Virus record (IMG/VR): IMGVR_UViG_3300042434_000613
Span: 1-52,318 of that record
DNA: 52,318 nucleotides
From: a virus
Taxonomy: Duplodnaviria > Caudoviricetes
Reading direction: 5' to 3' (one strand)
Shown here: positions 16,801 through 28,800 of the stretch, piece after piece
Layout of the letters: each line of letters starts with the position of its first letter
Position numbering within the stretch: the first letter of the stretch is position 1
Position numbers and translations under genes: made by a program
Notes under the pieces: model-generated
Told to the model about the DNA's origin: nothing
What the model saw: only the letters and a program-made list of their open reading frames with translations
Database searches by the model: none

Positions 16801-19800
16801 ACCCACAAAACATTGCAAATCTATATCCTACCAGAGATAGAGATAATTATGATACCGATCCAATTGCTGCAGTTAGCTATGCGTCTAATGAAAAGTTAGG
16901 AAAAGTTCATGTAAATGATAGAGAAAACAGCATTACTAAAGAAGTTGTAGAGACTTTCTTCAAAGACAATAGAGTTGGTGTTGCAATTACAAATGCAATT
17001 CATACTTCTGGTGTTACCACTTACTATACTGATGTGCAACATAACTTAAATTCTATTAGAAGACTTTCTATTAGTGGTTTTGGTACAAACTATGGTTATA
17101 GTGGTATTGCAACGGTTCTTTATAATGCATCTCTAATTGGTATTGGAATTACTGGTGAAGGCGCTACAGCAAACATTTCAGTCAGTGCTGCTGGTACTAT
17201 CAATGGTGTAACTCTGGTTGATGGTGGTTCTGGTTATGGCATTGGCGTAACCATGGCTGTTGTTGGTGTTACCACTCGTGCTGGTTGGCAACAGGCAATT
17301 GTCAGAGTTCAAGAACTCAATAATAATGTTGGAGATTGTATTCAAGTTGTTGGTGTTGGTACAACAGGAAATAGATTCTATAGCGGATATAATGGTTTAT
17401 TCAGAATCTCTGGCATTACCAGTACAAGATCAGTAACTGTAACTTCATCAGTAAATCCTGGCATTTACACTAGCGCGAATACTGGATTCTTATATCTTTC
17501 GGATGAAACTAAAGGAATCACCGATATTCAATATACAGATACAACCACTGGTATTGTAACTGTAATTACTTCACAATCTCATGGTCTTGCAGTAGGTAAT
17601 AAGTTTACTATTGTAGGATCGGCGCAAACAGTTTACAATGGAACCTTTACATTAAAAGAAAGACTGGGAATTACTAGCTTTACTTTCTATGTTGGCGCTG
17701 GATTTAATACCGCTGCATTTACTGGGGGAAGTGTATTTCTTCTTAGAAATGCTATTGCATCACAAAATGAAAATACCAGCCAAATTAATGAAAAACTTGG
17801 CGGTAGAATGATTCCATTCTATGCAGGTATTGGTACAATTTCTTCTGCAGGTTTAACCACAACTGCTAGCACAATTACTTTAGCAAGTATTGTTGGATTT
17901 AATACTGGTGATTATGTACAGGTTGACCATGAGGTTATGAGAATCTCTGGTGGTATCAGCACTGCAACTAATACTGCAAATATTCTTAGAGGACAGTTTG
18001 GCACAAAGGCAGAATCTCATGATGCTAACTCTACATTAAGAAGAATCCGAGTAGTTCCAACTGAACTAAGAAGACACAGTATTCTTCGTGCATCTGGTCA
18101 TACATTTGAATATGTTGGTTTTGGTCATGGTAACTATTCTGTTGCTTTACCACAAAGACAAAATAGAAACCTTACCAGAGAGGAGCAGTTATTAACCCAA
18201 TCTATTTCACAAAATGGTGGTACAGTAGCTTACACTGGTACAAATGATACTGGTGAGTTCTACATTGGTAACAAGATTATTGATCCTGTTAGTGGCGAGG
18301 AAGTCTCTGTTAATATTCCTACTCAAACATTTGTTGGCGAAGCAGACTCCAGCCTCTCTGTAAGTTATGATGATGTTACGATTGCCAATACTTTACAGGT
18401 TAATGGTGGTAGTGGTAACGTACAATCCTCTGAATTCAGAGGTCCTTTAAACTTCTATAATAAAGTAACTTCAAACTCTGCATCTGGTATTGAGGCAGTT
18501 CAATTCTTAATGAAGGGAAATGCTGCACAGACTAGATCACTAACCGTTGGAATTTCTACACCAGCTTATAGTGGAACGCAAGGAGATATTGTATTCAGTT
18601 CTTCATCTACTACAGGTGGTTATCTTGGTTGGGTAAACGTTGGTGCTAGCAACTGGAAGAGATTTGGTTTAGTTAGCCAAGAAACCAATCTTACTGTAAT
18701 TACACCAGATAAGATTGGTATTAATACATCAATTCCAAGAGACGTTCTTGATATTAGAAATGGTGGTGCTATTGTTCAGCAACTTAGAGTTACAGGTATT
18801 GTTACCTTTGATAATGGTGGTTTATTCAATGACATTACATTTGGTACAATTGATTGTTTAGGTGTTTCAACATTCCGTGGAAATATTGAACAAACAGTAG
18901 GAGTTGCAACGTTCCCTAATTTAAGAACAGCAGGTATTGGATTAACCAATTTAAGTGTAACTGGTATTGCTACATTTAGTGGTAGTGCTAATAATATCCA
19001 ACAAACTGCAGGAACCGCAGAACTTAATAGATTGAGAGTTTCTGGTGTAACCACATTTGTTCAAAATGTTGTTGCTAACACTTTAAATCCAACAACATTA
19101 AATGTAAGTGGTATTTCTACATTACCATTCCTGAATAATACTAACACTGTTCATACAGGAATCACCACATTTAATAATAGTGGCAATAATATTGTACAAA
19201 GTGCAGGTACTGCGGCACTTAATCGTCTTACAGTTGCTGGAGTCTCCACCTTCACTGGTCAATTAAATGCTGGTACAGTCAGTGCAACACAATATAACGG
19301 AGCACTTCAGTATAGCATTGGTGTTTCTGGTGCATTAACAATCACAAATAGCACTGCATTTAATAACAGCGAAAGTAAGACAATTAATCTTAATGCGACA
19401 TCAGCCAATACGGCAAATTATGTTGTTCAACGTAATGCTTCTGGAAACTTCAGTGCTGGAACTATTACCGCAACGTCTTTCAGTGGTCCATTAACAGGCA
19501 GTGTTAGTGGTAATGTCACTGGAAATGTTACTGGTAATGCTGATTCTGCAACTCTGATTAAAACTAACGCCATTGCAACTAATGCTAATTTCTACCTAAC
19601 CTTTGTAAATGGTAACAATGTTTCTGCAACCAATGAAAATCTTTATACTGATGCTGGAATTTATTACAATCCATCATCTAATAACTTATCAGTAACTGGT
19701 GATATTACAGCATTTGCTTCTGACATTAGACTGAAAACAAATATTGAACCAATTGAAAATGCTCTTGATAAAGTTTGCAAGTTGCATGGATTTACTTACA

Positions 19801-20015
19801 ACTTTAATGATCTTGCATATAGCCTAGGATTTACTTCAAATCAAAGAATTGCTGGTGTATCTGCTCAAGATGTTCAAGCAGTTCTTCCTGAAGCTGTTAA
19901 ACCAGCACCTGCAAATCCTGATTACTTGACGGTTCAGTATGAAAAACTGGTTCCTCTTCTTATTGAAGCGATCAAAGAACTATCTAATAGACTAGATAAA
20001 CTAGAAAATAAGTAA
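13890..20015 (+). CDS. Giant tail fibre/virion structural protein with C-terminal S74 intramolecular chaperone
   Basis: 2041 aa; MPLSRLENFLKN N-terminus, PFKTIQRAL, beta-repeat shaft, SDIRLKTNI...YEKLVPLLIEAIKEL. Confidence 0.85.
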   Translation: MPLSRLENFLKNTDGNILYVNPSDLDATDSIENQGNSLTRPFKTIQRALIEAARFSYNIGQNNDKFDKTTVLVYPGTYNVDNRPGLSVANVGGNVQYRDINGNLASLTELTNTSNYDIEDPSNVLYKFNSTIGGVIVPRGTSIVGLDLRKTKIRPKFVPDPANAGITSTAMFKLTGGCYFWQFSAFDGDLNNSVYYDYNGNTKTPTFSHHKLAVFEYADGVNGVGVGTSSALSDLQMYYYKVAQAYGDSSGRAIGDFPSTLDFEPNTPEFKIVGAVNANDIGISSAAAVGNLITVDSALDHGLNIDDSVRISGFTSTVFNGSYYVVGVSSARRFQYRASATPGALNPSLTGGETLIVEPDSVSGASPYIFNCSLRSAYGMSGLNADGASATGFKSIVVAQFTGIGLQKDDDAFVIYDKTTGQYQDNNTTSNANKPLHLNSKAIYKPAYNNYHIRAANGAFIQCVSIFAIGFANHFLAESGGDMSITNSNSNFGAKSLVSRGYQLQSFDRDDVGYITHVIPPKEIDKSEESVSWVSLDVGLSTSTAGVGTTSRLYLYDFNDPDNPPPNILSSYRIGAKSGELLKVVVSTASSEVTVSSPILMQVPSGESTTSAEKSYKVIRVGAANSITSNTTFNLERNHELFTGESVRVFSDNAAMPDGLSADVIYYAIVSGLSANQVQLAKSFNDAITGTPVPLTLSNTSGGLLTIVSRVSDKIPGDFGHPIQYDTARKNWYVVGAATTSQNTIYPAFIQYKSSLTDASSKSYITRQSDTRAVEDRIYRFRYIIPKEYGTTAANAKPPSIGYVIQESKTVGVGNAAEFATVTDPTDQRNLRIIHSVVHDQSAGICTVVTERPHSLNAGDRVKINKIKSVNNPVGAANSGFNGVFPIVGITSSKGFTVNLSSNPGAYINVSSSRDENLPTVSRDAYRNTYTIYRINTVQEQEFNKADGIYHLTCLLNNVSPNDAYFIGDEYPQNIANLYPTRDRDNYDTDPIAAVSYASNEKLGKVHVNDRENSITKEVVETFFKDNRVGVAITNAIHTSGVTTYYTDVQHNLNSIRRLSISGFGTNYGYSGIATVLYNASLIGIGITGEGATANISVSAAGTINGVTLVDGGSGYGIGVTMAVVGVTTRAGWQQAIVRVQELNNNVGDCIQVVGVGTTGNRFYSGYNGLFRISGITSTRSVTVTSSVNPGIYTSANTGFLYLSDETKGITDIQYTDTTTGIVTVITSQSHGLAVGNKFTIVGSAQTVYNGTFTLKERLGITSFTFYVGAGFNTAAFTGGSVFLLRNAIASQNENTSQINEKLGGRMIPFYAGIGTISSAGLTTTASTITLASIVGFNTGDYVQVDHEVMRISGGISTATNTANILRGQFGTKAESHDANSTLRRIRVVPTELRRHSILRASGHTFEYVGFGHGNYSVALPQRQNRNLTREEQLLTQSISQNGGTVAYTGTNDTGEFYIGNKIIDPVSGEEVSVNIPTQTFVGEADSSLSVSYDDVTIANTLQVNGGSGNVQSSEFRGPLNFYNKVTSNSASGIEAVQFLMKGNAAQTRSLTVGISTPAYSGTQGDIVFSSSSTTGGYLGWVNVGASNWKRFGLVSQETNLTVITPDKIGINTSIPRDVLDIRNGGAIVQQLRVTGIVTFDNGGLFNDITFGTIDCLGVSTFRGNIEQTVGVATFPNLRTAGIGLTNLSVTGIATFSGSANNIQQTAGTAELNRLRVSGVTTFVQNVVANTLNPTTLNVSGISTLPFLNNTNTVHTGITTFNNSGNNIVQSAGTAALNRLTVAGVSTFTGQLNAGTVSATQYNGALQYSIGVSGALTITNSTAFNNSESKTINLNATSANTANYVVQRNASGNFSAGTITATSFSGPLTGSVSGNVTGNVTGNADSATLIKTNAIATNANFYLTFVNGNNVSATNENLYTDAGIYYNPSSNNLSVTGDITAFASDIRLKTNIEPIENALDKVCKLHGFTYNFNDLAYSLGFTSNQRIAGVSAQDVQAVLPEAVKPAPANPDYLTVQYEKLVPLLIEAIKELSNRLDKLENK

Positions 20016-20024
20016 TTTAAAGAA

Positions 20025-21059
20025 ATGACCATACAGATTGTCACCAACCCAGTTACATCTTCGGGATCAGTTTCTTTTAGTGAACTTAGAACTAAAATAA
20101 AAGAAACTGGTTCAGGATCAGTTTCTATGAGTGAACTGTATAGGAATGGAACTTATGTCCCCACTGCTTCAACAAATGGTTCCGTTCCTACAAGCGGAAC
20201 TATTTCTGCAAGTAATATGTATGGAGTAAACGTTTCAATAACTGCTAACATTACAAATGTAGAGGAAAATTTAAACGCCAGCACAAGTTTATTTGGATCT
20301 GATTATACACAACCAATTAGAAAAACCATTAATGTAAATGGCTCTATTATCTCACAAAATTCAAATCCAGCATTAACTATTCCATCAGGTGCTGGCTCTA
20401 CTATTAAAATTCAATTAACATCTGGAGGTATTTTTGGTCATCGTGCAACTTCTGTTGGCGCAGGTGGTGGTGGAAATGGGGGAACAGGAGGTAGTGGAAG
20501 TTCTGGTAATTTATCATTAAGAACATTATCAAATATTCAAATTGTTGGAACTGGTGCTGGAATTTATGGCGGCGGCGGATCTGGCGGTGGTGGTGGTGGT
20601 GGTGGACAAGAAGGTGGGGGAGGTAGAAATAAACGAGGTTTTTCTTGTGATTTTGCTGGTTGGCAATATTGTGAATCTTGTGATAGCGGCGTTGGTGGTG
20701 GAAGTGACAGCGGTGGATCTGGTGGAAATGGTGGCGTGGGTCAAGGATATAGCTGGAATGGCTCTACACTTACTTTAGTGACTGCTGCAGGAGGAGATGC
20801 TGGGAATAATCCAGGCAACGGTGGCGGCGCTGGCGGATCTGGTGGATCTGGTGGAGGTTGGGGTTCTGCAGGAGCTAGGGGTAATGATGGTAGTAGTGGC
20901 AGTCAAGGTCCTGGTGGAAACTGCCAAGCAGGAGGTGGAGGCAGCGGCGGCGGCTCTGGCGGAGGCGGAGGAGGTGGTGGCGGCTCTATTGAAGGTTACA
21001 ATAGAGTTGTTTCTATTGAAAGCACGTCAGTTTTAGCTGGAGCTACAAGCAATAATTAA
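20025..21059 (+). CDS. Glycine-rich tail-fibre tip adhesin (T2/S16 gp38-like)
   Basis: Directly after the S74 fibre; SGSVSFSELR N-terminus, IYGGGGSGGGG and many polyglycine runs. Confidence 0.7.
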   Translation: MTIQIVTNPVTSSGSVSFSELRTKIKETGSGSVSMSELYRNGTYVPTASTNGSVPTSGTISASNMYGVNVSITANITNVEENLNASTSLFGSDYTQPIRKTINVNGSIISQNSNPALTIPSGAGSTIKIQLTSGGIFGHRATSVGAGGGGNGGTGGSGSSGNLSLRTLSNIQIVGTGAGIYGGGGSGGGGGGGGQEGGGGRNKRGFSCDFAGWQYCESCDSGVGGGSDSGGSGGNGGVGQGYSWNGSTLTLVTAAGGDAGNNPGNGGGAGGSGGSGGGWGSAGARGNDGSSGSQGPGGNCQAGGGGSGGGSGGGGGGGGGSIEGYNRVVSIESTSVLAGATSNN

Positions 21060-21955
21060 AACACCCCATAAGAAGCTAAAACTTCTAATCTTATACGATC
21101 TTGTTTGATTATTTTTAAAGAAATATGTCCAAATTTTCTACGATCAGACTCCCAATTTTTTAATTCTTCTACTACTGTAAAGTTTAATAATTCTATATTT
21201 TTTAAATGATCTAGGGTAAAATAAAATATATCATTTCTTGCATCATGTACCATGGGATAAATCATAATTTCAAATTCTTGAAATTGATTTTTAGACTGTA
21301 TTAATCTATAATTTAATTTTAAATTTTCTTTTGCCAATATTGGCTGCAATTTATGAATGATTTCATTTAAATCAAACTTATCTTGATTTGTTTCTGTAAT
21401 TTTATATAATTCACATAGTTGTTCGATTATATTTTTGTCACGATCAAATTGAGCATCTGGATATTCATGACAAATTAAACGATTATATAATTTGTTTGTG
21501 CTAGAATAGAGACCGTTTAAATAATTGTCACTTTCTCCATCAAAACAATTAAAACAAGAATCTAAAAATCTTTTATAGTATGGACTCCAAGCATCAAATG
21601 CTAATTTAACCTCTTTCCTAATCGTTAAATCTTCATCGTAACTATTTTCTAAATTTAAAGTATTAAAGCTATATCCTTTCTCTATTTGAATTTTATCTTC
21701 ATATACGTCTAATACTGTTTGAGCTTTTTTTTGAAATATTTCACTGTACAATGTTGACACATCAAAATGACCGTTATCAGGAAAAGTTATAAAAACAACT
21801 TTGTGAGTGTTGTTTGTTAGATTATTTTCAAGTAAAATTGCAGATGGAGCATTTTGTGATTCTTCCAATGCCCTAACTTCATCTACAATTTCATTGTTTA
21901 TCAATGTATTGTATTGATTAGTCTCTAAGCTAGATATAAAACTGTCTACAAACAT
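21056..21955 (-). CDS. Hypothetical protein
   Basis: 299-aa AT-rich ORF with upstream CTAAATA (21979-21985, minus strand). Confidence 0.65.
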   Translation of the reverse strand: MFVDSFISSLETNQYNTLINNEIVDEVRALEESQNAPSAILLENNLTNNTHKVVFITFPDNGHFDVSTLYSEIFQKKAQTVLDVYEDKIQIEKGYSFNTLNLENSYDEDLTIRKEVKLAFDAWSPYYKRFLDSCFNCFDGESDNYLNGLYSSTNKLYNRLICHEYPDAQFDRDKNIIEQLCELYKITETNQDKFDLNEIIHKLQPILAKENLKLNYRLIQSKNQFQEFEIMIYPMVHDARNDIFYFTLDHLKNIELLNFTVVEELKNWESDRRKFGHISLKIIKQDRIRLEVLASYGVF

Positions 21956-21981
21956 CTTATAAATCTATGACTGTGTAATAT

Positions 21982-22704
21982 TTAGTTTAGGAACCCAACC
22001 AAACCAATTCTTTTAGTGTCTTGATACCATTCTTTTTCAATATATGCACTGTGTAAAATGTATGATGGATATACTACTAGTCGATTATACTTCATTTCTA
22101 CGTGATGAATTAACTCCCACTCTGAATTATCAATTTGCCTAGAATCTAAAATTGTATTATAATTATTTTGATTTATTTCACTAAAATAATCTTTAAATTT
22201 TAAATATGATTCTGTTTCTTTAAAGTTTGAATCTAGATACTCTACGTTAACTTCTAACCCAGATTTTTTATGTCGATAGAAATTTGTACCACCATAACAA
22301 TCTTCAGGGTTGTTTAAATATATTTGAAACGCACACAAAGATTGGTCAACGTGTGGAAGAACAGAAGTATATTTACAAGGCATTCCACCTTCAAACAAAT
22401 TAAATTGTAAACTTATTTTGTTACTGTGAAAAAAATCAAAATAATTGTCGCTTAGATATGTTGCTGTCGTTGTAATTTGATTAAATTTTAAATTAGTAAT
22501 TGAAATCCATCCAGGACTGCCATTTTTATTATTTACTTCCTTTTCAAATAATTGCTGGCTAGCAATTTCCTGTAAAGCTTCAGGATTTTTAAGAAAATTA
22601 TCTATTGTTAAGATCTTATGATTTGTGTTTGGAATAGTGGATATTTCTAACTCTAAATTATCATTAATATGAATTGAGTCAGTATCAATAAAATTGAAAT
22701 TCAT
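21982..22704 (-). CDS. DUF6445-like / 2OG-Fe(II) oxygenase-fold protein
   Basis: IDNFLKNP, LPHVD, IYLN..GGTNFYRH, MKYNRLVVYPSYILHSA. Confidence 0.72.
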   Translation of the reverse strand: MNFNFIDTDSIHINDNLELEISTIPNTNHKILTIDNFLKNPEALQEIASQQLFEKEVNNKNGSPGWISITNLKFNQITTTATYLSDNYFDFFHSNKISLQFNLFEGGMPCKYTSVLPHVDQSLCAFQIYLNNPEDCYGGTNFYRHKKSGLEVNVEYLDSNFKETESYLKFKDYFSEINQNNYNTILDSRQIDNSEWELIHHVEMKYNRLVVYPSYILHSAYIEKEWYQDTKRIGLVGFLN

Positions 22705-22747
22705 GTTAAAATGCTTGTTTAACTATATAGAGCCAAAGTTAGTATAA

Positions 22748-22755
22748 GATAAATA
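22748..22755 (+). promoter_or_regulatory. Late promoter GATAAATA
   Basis: NATAAATA upstream of the second fibre gene; SD GGAG at 22802-22805. Confidence 0.7.
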
Positions 22756-22816
22756 ACTCATAGCATAGTGACAGTACATACTGTCCTACGGTATATACCA
22801 CGGAGAAATAAGGCAC

Positions 22817-25800
22817 ATGTCCACGCCAATCAGAATTAAAAGATCTGCAGTACCTGGCAAAATCCCTACAACCAGTGATCTTCAATTAGGCGAATTAGCG
22901 ATTAATACATATGATGGTAAAGCCTACTTAAAAAAAGACGTAAGTGGTGTTGAAACTGTTATTAACGTTGGCGGTGGATATCCTGGTCAAACCTATTATG
23001 TAACAAAAACTGGATTAGATACAAACGACGGTCAAAATATTTCAGCGGCATTCGCAACTGTTAAAAAAGCGTTAACAGTTGCGACAGCCAACGATACAAT
23101 TTTAATTGGTTCTGGTACTTATACCGAAATCTTCCCATTAACCGTACCACAAGGGGTTATTGTACGTGGTAATGGTTTAAGATCTACTTTCATTCAACCA
23201 ACAGCAGGAACAGAAAGATTAGATGCTTTTCTCTTGAATGGTGAAAATACCATTCAAGATCTTTCGATTGGTAATTTTTATTATAATTCATCAACTGATA
23301 CTGGTTATGGATTTAAATTTGCTTCTAACATGGTCACTACCACTAGAAGCCCATATATTGAAAGAGTAACTGTTTTAAACAGAGGTTCAACACAAACAGC
23401 TTCAGATCCTTATGGTTTTGATACTGTAGATAATTATCCCACAACAAAGATTGCTGGTCGTGGTGCTTTAATTGACGGTAGTGTGGTTCAATCTAACACT
23501 CTAGAGCCAGCAATGCTCTTCAATGAGTGTACTTTCATTACACCAAATCAAACTGCCCTGAAGATGACCAACGGGGCAAGATCTGAATGGGTTAATAGCT
23601 TTTCTTATTTCTCTAGCGTTAGTATTGATGGTGTCTCTGGTAGCGTAGGTTTAGGTAGCACAGCTAATGCTACTTTAAAACTTGCTGGTGTTACAACATC
23701 AATCTCCACTAATTATGTTATTAAGTATTATCAAGGTGGCCCCGCAGTTGCTATTGGTACTGTTACATCTGTTGATGGTGCTTATGTAACCATTAGTGGA
23801 AAAGGATCTGGAATCTTTAATGCTGTTGGTATTGGATCAACACAAGATGTTAGAATTTTCCAATCTGACGGTAGCACACAAGTTGGTACTGCTAGCACAA
23901 TTCTTTGGGCAGACTATCAAAAATTTGGTGCAGATTTAAGAGCAATCGGTGCTGCTTCTAATTTTGGTACGATTGGTGTTCGTGGTGATGGCGCTGGTGT
24001 ACAGTTAAGATTATTTGGTTATAACTTTGGTTGTGTTGGTTCTGGAAAAACATTTACACAAGATCCCACATTAACAGTTAGATCTAATGAAGCTGTACAA
24101 TTAAATGGTGGTCGTGTATTCTTCCAATCTGTAGACCAGTTAGGTAACTTTAGAGTTGGTAATATTTTTGAAATTAGTCAAGAGACTGGAGCTGTTTCTC
24201 TTGCAAGTACAAGTGATATCAATATTGCAGGCACAGCCACAATTCAAAATCTTAATGTAACTGGTGTATCTACTTTTAGTGATCCTATTTTACACAGTGA
24301 TTCTAATTTTAATACTGATCAAACAACTTATAACTTAATCAATAGTGCTGCTGGTGCTGTTAACTTTGCAGGTGCTGGTACGAGTATTGTTATTGGTGCA
24401 ACTACAGGCATCACTACAATTAGAAATTATAGAGTTAATTTAAGTGGTGGTCAAGATTCTTTTACCACAACAGATGGAACATTAGTTGTTGCTGGTGGTG
24501 TTGGAATTAGCAGCAATTTAAATGTTGGTAAAGATTTCAAAGTAACTGGAGTTTCGACATTTGTATCTCCAGTCAGATTAGATTCTTCATTAAGAGTTGC
24601 TGGAGTTTCAACATTTGTTCAAAGCATCAATGCTAATAGCACATTAAATGTTACGGGTGTATCTACACTAACTGGCAATGTTAGATTGGGTGGTCAACTA
24701 AATGTTGCTGGAATTTCAACATTAGTTGGCGATTCTATGCTTAGCAGCAATTTAAGAGTTGCTGGAGTTTCTACATTTGTTCAAAGCATTGATGCTAATA
24801 GCACATTAAATGTTACGGGTGTATCTACACTAACTGGCAATGTTAGATTGGGTGGACAATTAAGAGTTGCTGGAATTTCTACTTTTGTTGACGATGTAGA
24901 ATTAGGTGATCATTTAAGAGTTGCTGGAGTATCTACTTTTGTAAGTAGTACTATGATTAACAGTAACTTAAATGTTACTGGAATTACAACGACTGGAAAT
25001 TTTAGAGTTACTGGAGTTTCTACATTAACTGGAGATACAAATTTAACAAATAATTTAAACGTTGGAGGTATCACCACAACCTCAACATTCAGAGTCACTG
25101 GAATTTCAACATTAACTGGTAATGTTGAGATGAGTAATGCTCTAAGAGTTTCTGGAGTATCTACATTTGTAGGCGATTCCATGTTTAGTGCAAACATGAG
25201 AGTTGCTGGAGTATCTACTTTTGTAAGTAGTGCTATGATTAATAGTAACTTAAGTGTTACTGGAATCACCACAACTGAAAACTTTAGGGTCACTGGTGTT
25301 TCTACATTAACTGGTAATACAAATTTAACAAACAACTTAAACGTTGGTGGTATCACTACAACTTCAACATTTAGAGTTACTGGGATATCTACTTTAACAG
25401 GTAATGTTGAATTAAGTAATGCATTAAGAGTTGCTGGAGTATCTACATTTAACAACCCAGCAATGATTAACAGTAACTTAAATGTTACTGGCATCACTAC
25501 AACAGGAAACTTTAGAGTTACAGGAATTTCTACATTAACAGGTGATGTAAGATTAGATAATAATTTAACAGTTGCTGGTATCGGTACAATTTCTGATTTT
25601 ACAATTAGCAGTGGAATTATTACAGGTCCTTCTGCGATTGTAATTGACCCAGCTACTGTTGGTAATAATACAGGATCTGTAAGAATTAAAGGCGATTTTT
25701 ATGTTGATGGAACTACAACAACGATTAATTCTACAGCTATAGAAGTAGCTGATCCCTTAATTGGAATTGGAACTACTGCCATAAACTTATCCTATGTTAA

Positions 25801-28800
25801 GCTTGGTGGTAATGTAACTGAAAATTTACCAACTATTACTGGAATTAATACTGATAATCTCGTTGTTGGTTATGCGATTAGTGCAACTTACATAGGATCT
25901 GGATCAACAATTGTATCAATCGGGGCAAGTTCTGTAACTTCTAGCAGTAACTTTACAGTTAATAGTGCCCTTGGAATTGGTACAAATATAACAATTGGAA
26001 TTGGTACAAACACCATTCTTGTAGATGGTGATTATACTACAGCAAATATTGTTGGTGCTGGTTTATCTAACGGAAACTTAGCTGGAAATACAGTAATCAC
26101 TGGTGTTACAACAAATACAATTACTTTTACGCCAGTATCTCTTAATATTGCGGTTGAAACTGGAAATACAATTTACATTATCAACAATGCAGCATTTACT
26201 TTTGTCAATGAAATCGGTGGTGACGTAATTGCAGATGGCGGCGGTCTTTTACTTTATGGATCAACAACTAGATCTTTAACTTGGGATAGAATAGACAATG
26301 CTTGGGAATCAAGCGTTAACTTCAATGTTCCAAATGGATATTCATATAAAGCAAATGGTGTTAATGTATTAGATCAAGATGCGTTAAGAATTCAAAATGC
26401 AAACATCACTGGCATTGCCACGATTAATAATTTAAATGTTACTGGTATTGGTACATTTGAAAGATTAAATGTCATTAGCGGTATTGTTACTGGAATGACC
26501 GTTGGTGTACAGACAGTCACAACTTTAAATGCAACAACGGCTTCTGTACAAACAATCTTAAATGCTAATGTAACTGGCATTGCTACATTACCAAGTACAA
26601 TCATTCAAGATTTAGAAATACCAGCTGGCGTTGGAACGGTTAATACTTTAAGAGTTAACGCAGGATTTGTAACTTCTTTAACTGTTACCACAGAAACAGT
26701 CACAGACTCCACAGTTGGTACTTCTACAATCACCACTGGTAGAATTGAAAATCTATTTGGTTTTGTTGGTGTTGTAACAAGTTTATCTGGAACTAACATA
26801 ACATATTCTGGTATTGGATCATTTGGACAAATAGACAATGTTTATTCAATTGGCATATCCACGATTGATACCTTAAATGGTGTGGTTGCTAATTATAATT
26901 CAATGATTAGCACCAGTTTCTACAACAGTGGTGTTGGAACATTTGGAAATGATGTATACATTAACAGTGGATTTGCAACCAACTTTACAATTACAAATGG
27001 AACACTTACAAACGCTAATATCACAAATGAAGTTGTAGGTTTAAGCACCATTACGATTGCTGGAATTAGTACATTAAATGTAACTAATCTTTTTGGAACA
27101 ACAAATAATCTTTCAACATTATATGTCAACACTGGGTTTGCAACAGTTTTCAATATCTTATCGGGAATCGTAACTTCTTTATATTCAAGTGGAATTGGAA
27201 GTATTCAAACATTATATGTTAATTCGGGCATAACAACAAGATCTACCATTACTGATTTAGATGTAATTGGAGTAGGTTCTTTTGCAACAATTGCTAATGT
27301 CAATACTCCATTAGGTCTTTCTACGATTGGTTACTTAACTGGTATAGACCTTAATTATAGCGGAATTGGTACAATTCAAGTATTAAATGTTGGTGTATCT
27401 ACATTTACAAACTTAACTGTAACTGGAATTGCTTCTCTTGCAAATCTTTATGGTTCTGATATACAATATACTGGAATTAGCACATTAACTGAATTAAGAG
27501 GTAATAATTTATATTACAGTGGATTATCAACTGCTGTTAACTTTAGAAGCACTGATACAATCGTTTCAGGCGCAGCTTCTATTAGTACATTACGAGCTGA
27601 TGTTGGTATAACAACGAATGCTGTCTGGACTGATGGTTATTCTGCTGGAATCACTTCTGTTGCAACGTTTAGAGCAAATAGTGGAATTATTACTACGTTA
27701 ACAGTATCCAATTCAACCCAAGGATATCTTATTGGTACTGACATTTACTACAGTGGCATTGGTAGCATTAGCACACTTAGAGTTAATGTTGGCTTTACCA
27801 CGTTCTTAAGTGGAACAAACTTAAGTTACACAGGAGTATCTACAGTAGTTTCATTGAATGCTACAGATGTAAATGTATCTGGAACTACCACAATTACTAC
27901 ATTATTAATTTCACCTAATAATCAACTTACTCATTTAAGCAATGGTACAAATCTTGCTTTTAGTGGGATTGGTACAATTGATACACTAAGATCAAATGTA
28001 GGTTTCGTCACATCTTTATCAGGATCTAATTTAAATTATTCTGGCGTTGGTACAATTGGCTCCATACAAAATATTAACATCAATAGCACTGGAATTGGAA
28101 CGTTTGGAGATATTAATGCTAATAATTTAAATGTTAGTGGAGTTGGAACTGTTGGTACGCTTAATATTACTTCTGCAAATCTTACAAGATTATCTACGGT
28201 AGATGCCATTGTAAGTGGAGCATCTTCAATTTCAATTTTAAGAGCCGATATTGGTATTACTACTAATGCTACCGCAACTAATATTAATGTTACAGGAATT
28301 GCTACTGCTGTAACTTTGGTAGCTACAAATGCAAATATTACTGGTTATGGAACAATAACTCAACTTAGAGGTACAGATTCTTACTTTACTGGAATATCGA
28401 CATTTGGTTCAATCTTTGGTGATTCTTTACAAGTAGCTACATTAGATCTTTCTGGAACAAATTTATATTATACGGGCATTGCTACGTTCTTAACATTATA
28501 CTCCTCTAATTCTTATATAACCAATATTACTGGTACAAATTTACAATATACTGGAATTAGCACTATTTCAACAATTTATAATGTTGATACAAATAGCACT
28601 GGATTTACCACTACTGGTGGATTGCATGTTGGAGCTGGCGGAACAATTATATCGGCAACTGCAGTTTCTGGAATTGGATCTGTTGGTATTAATACTTCTG
28701 ATGCTAAAGCAGCACTGCACGTTTACGGCAATTTCCAACAAGACGGTACAACTTTAACTGGTACAATTTCTACAACAAGAAACAATAATTCAGCAGTTAA

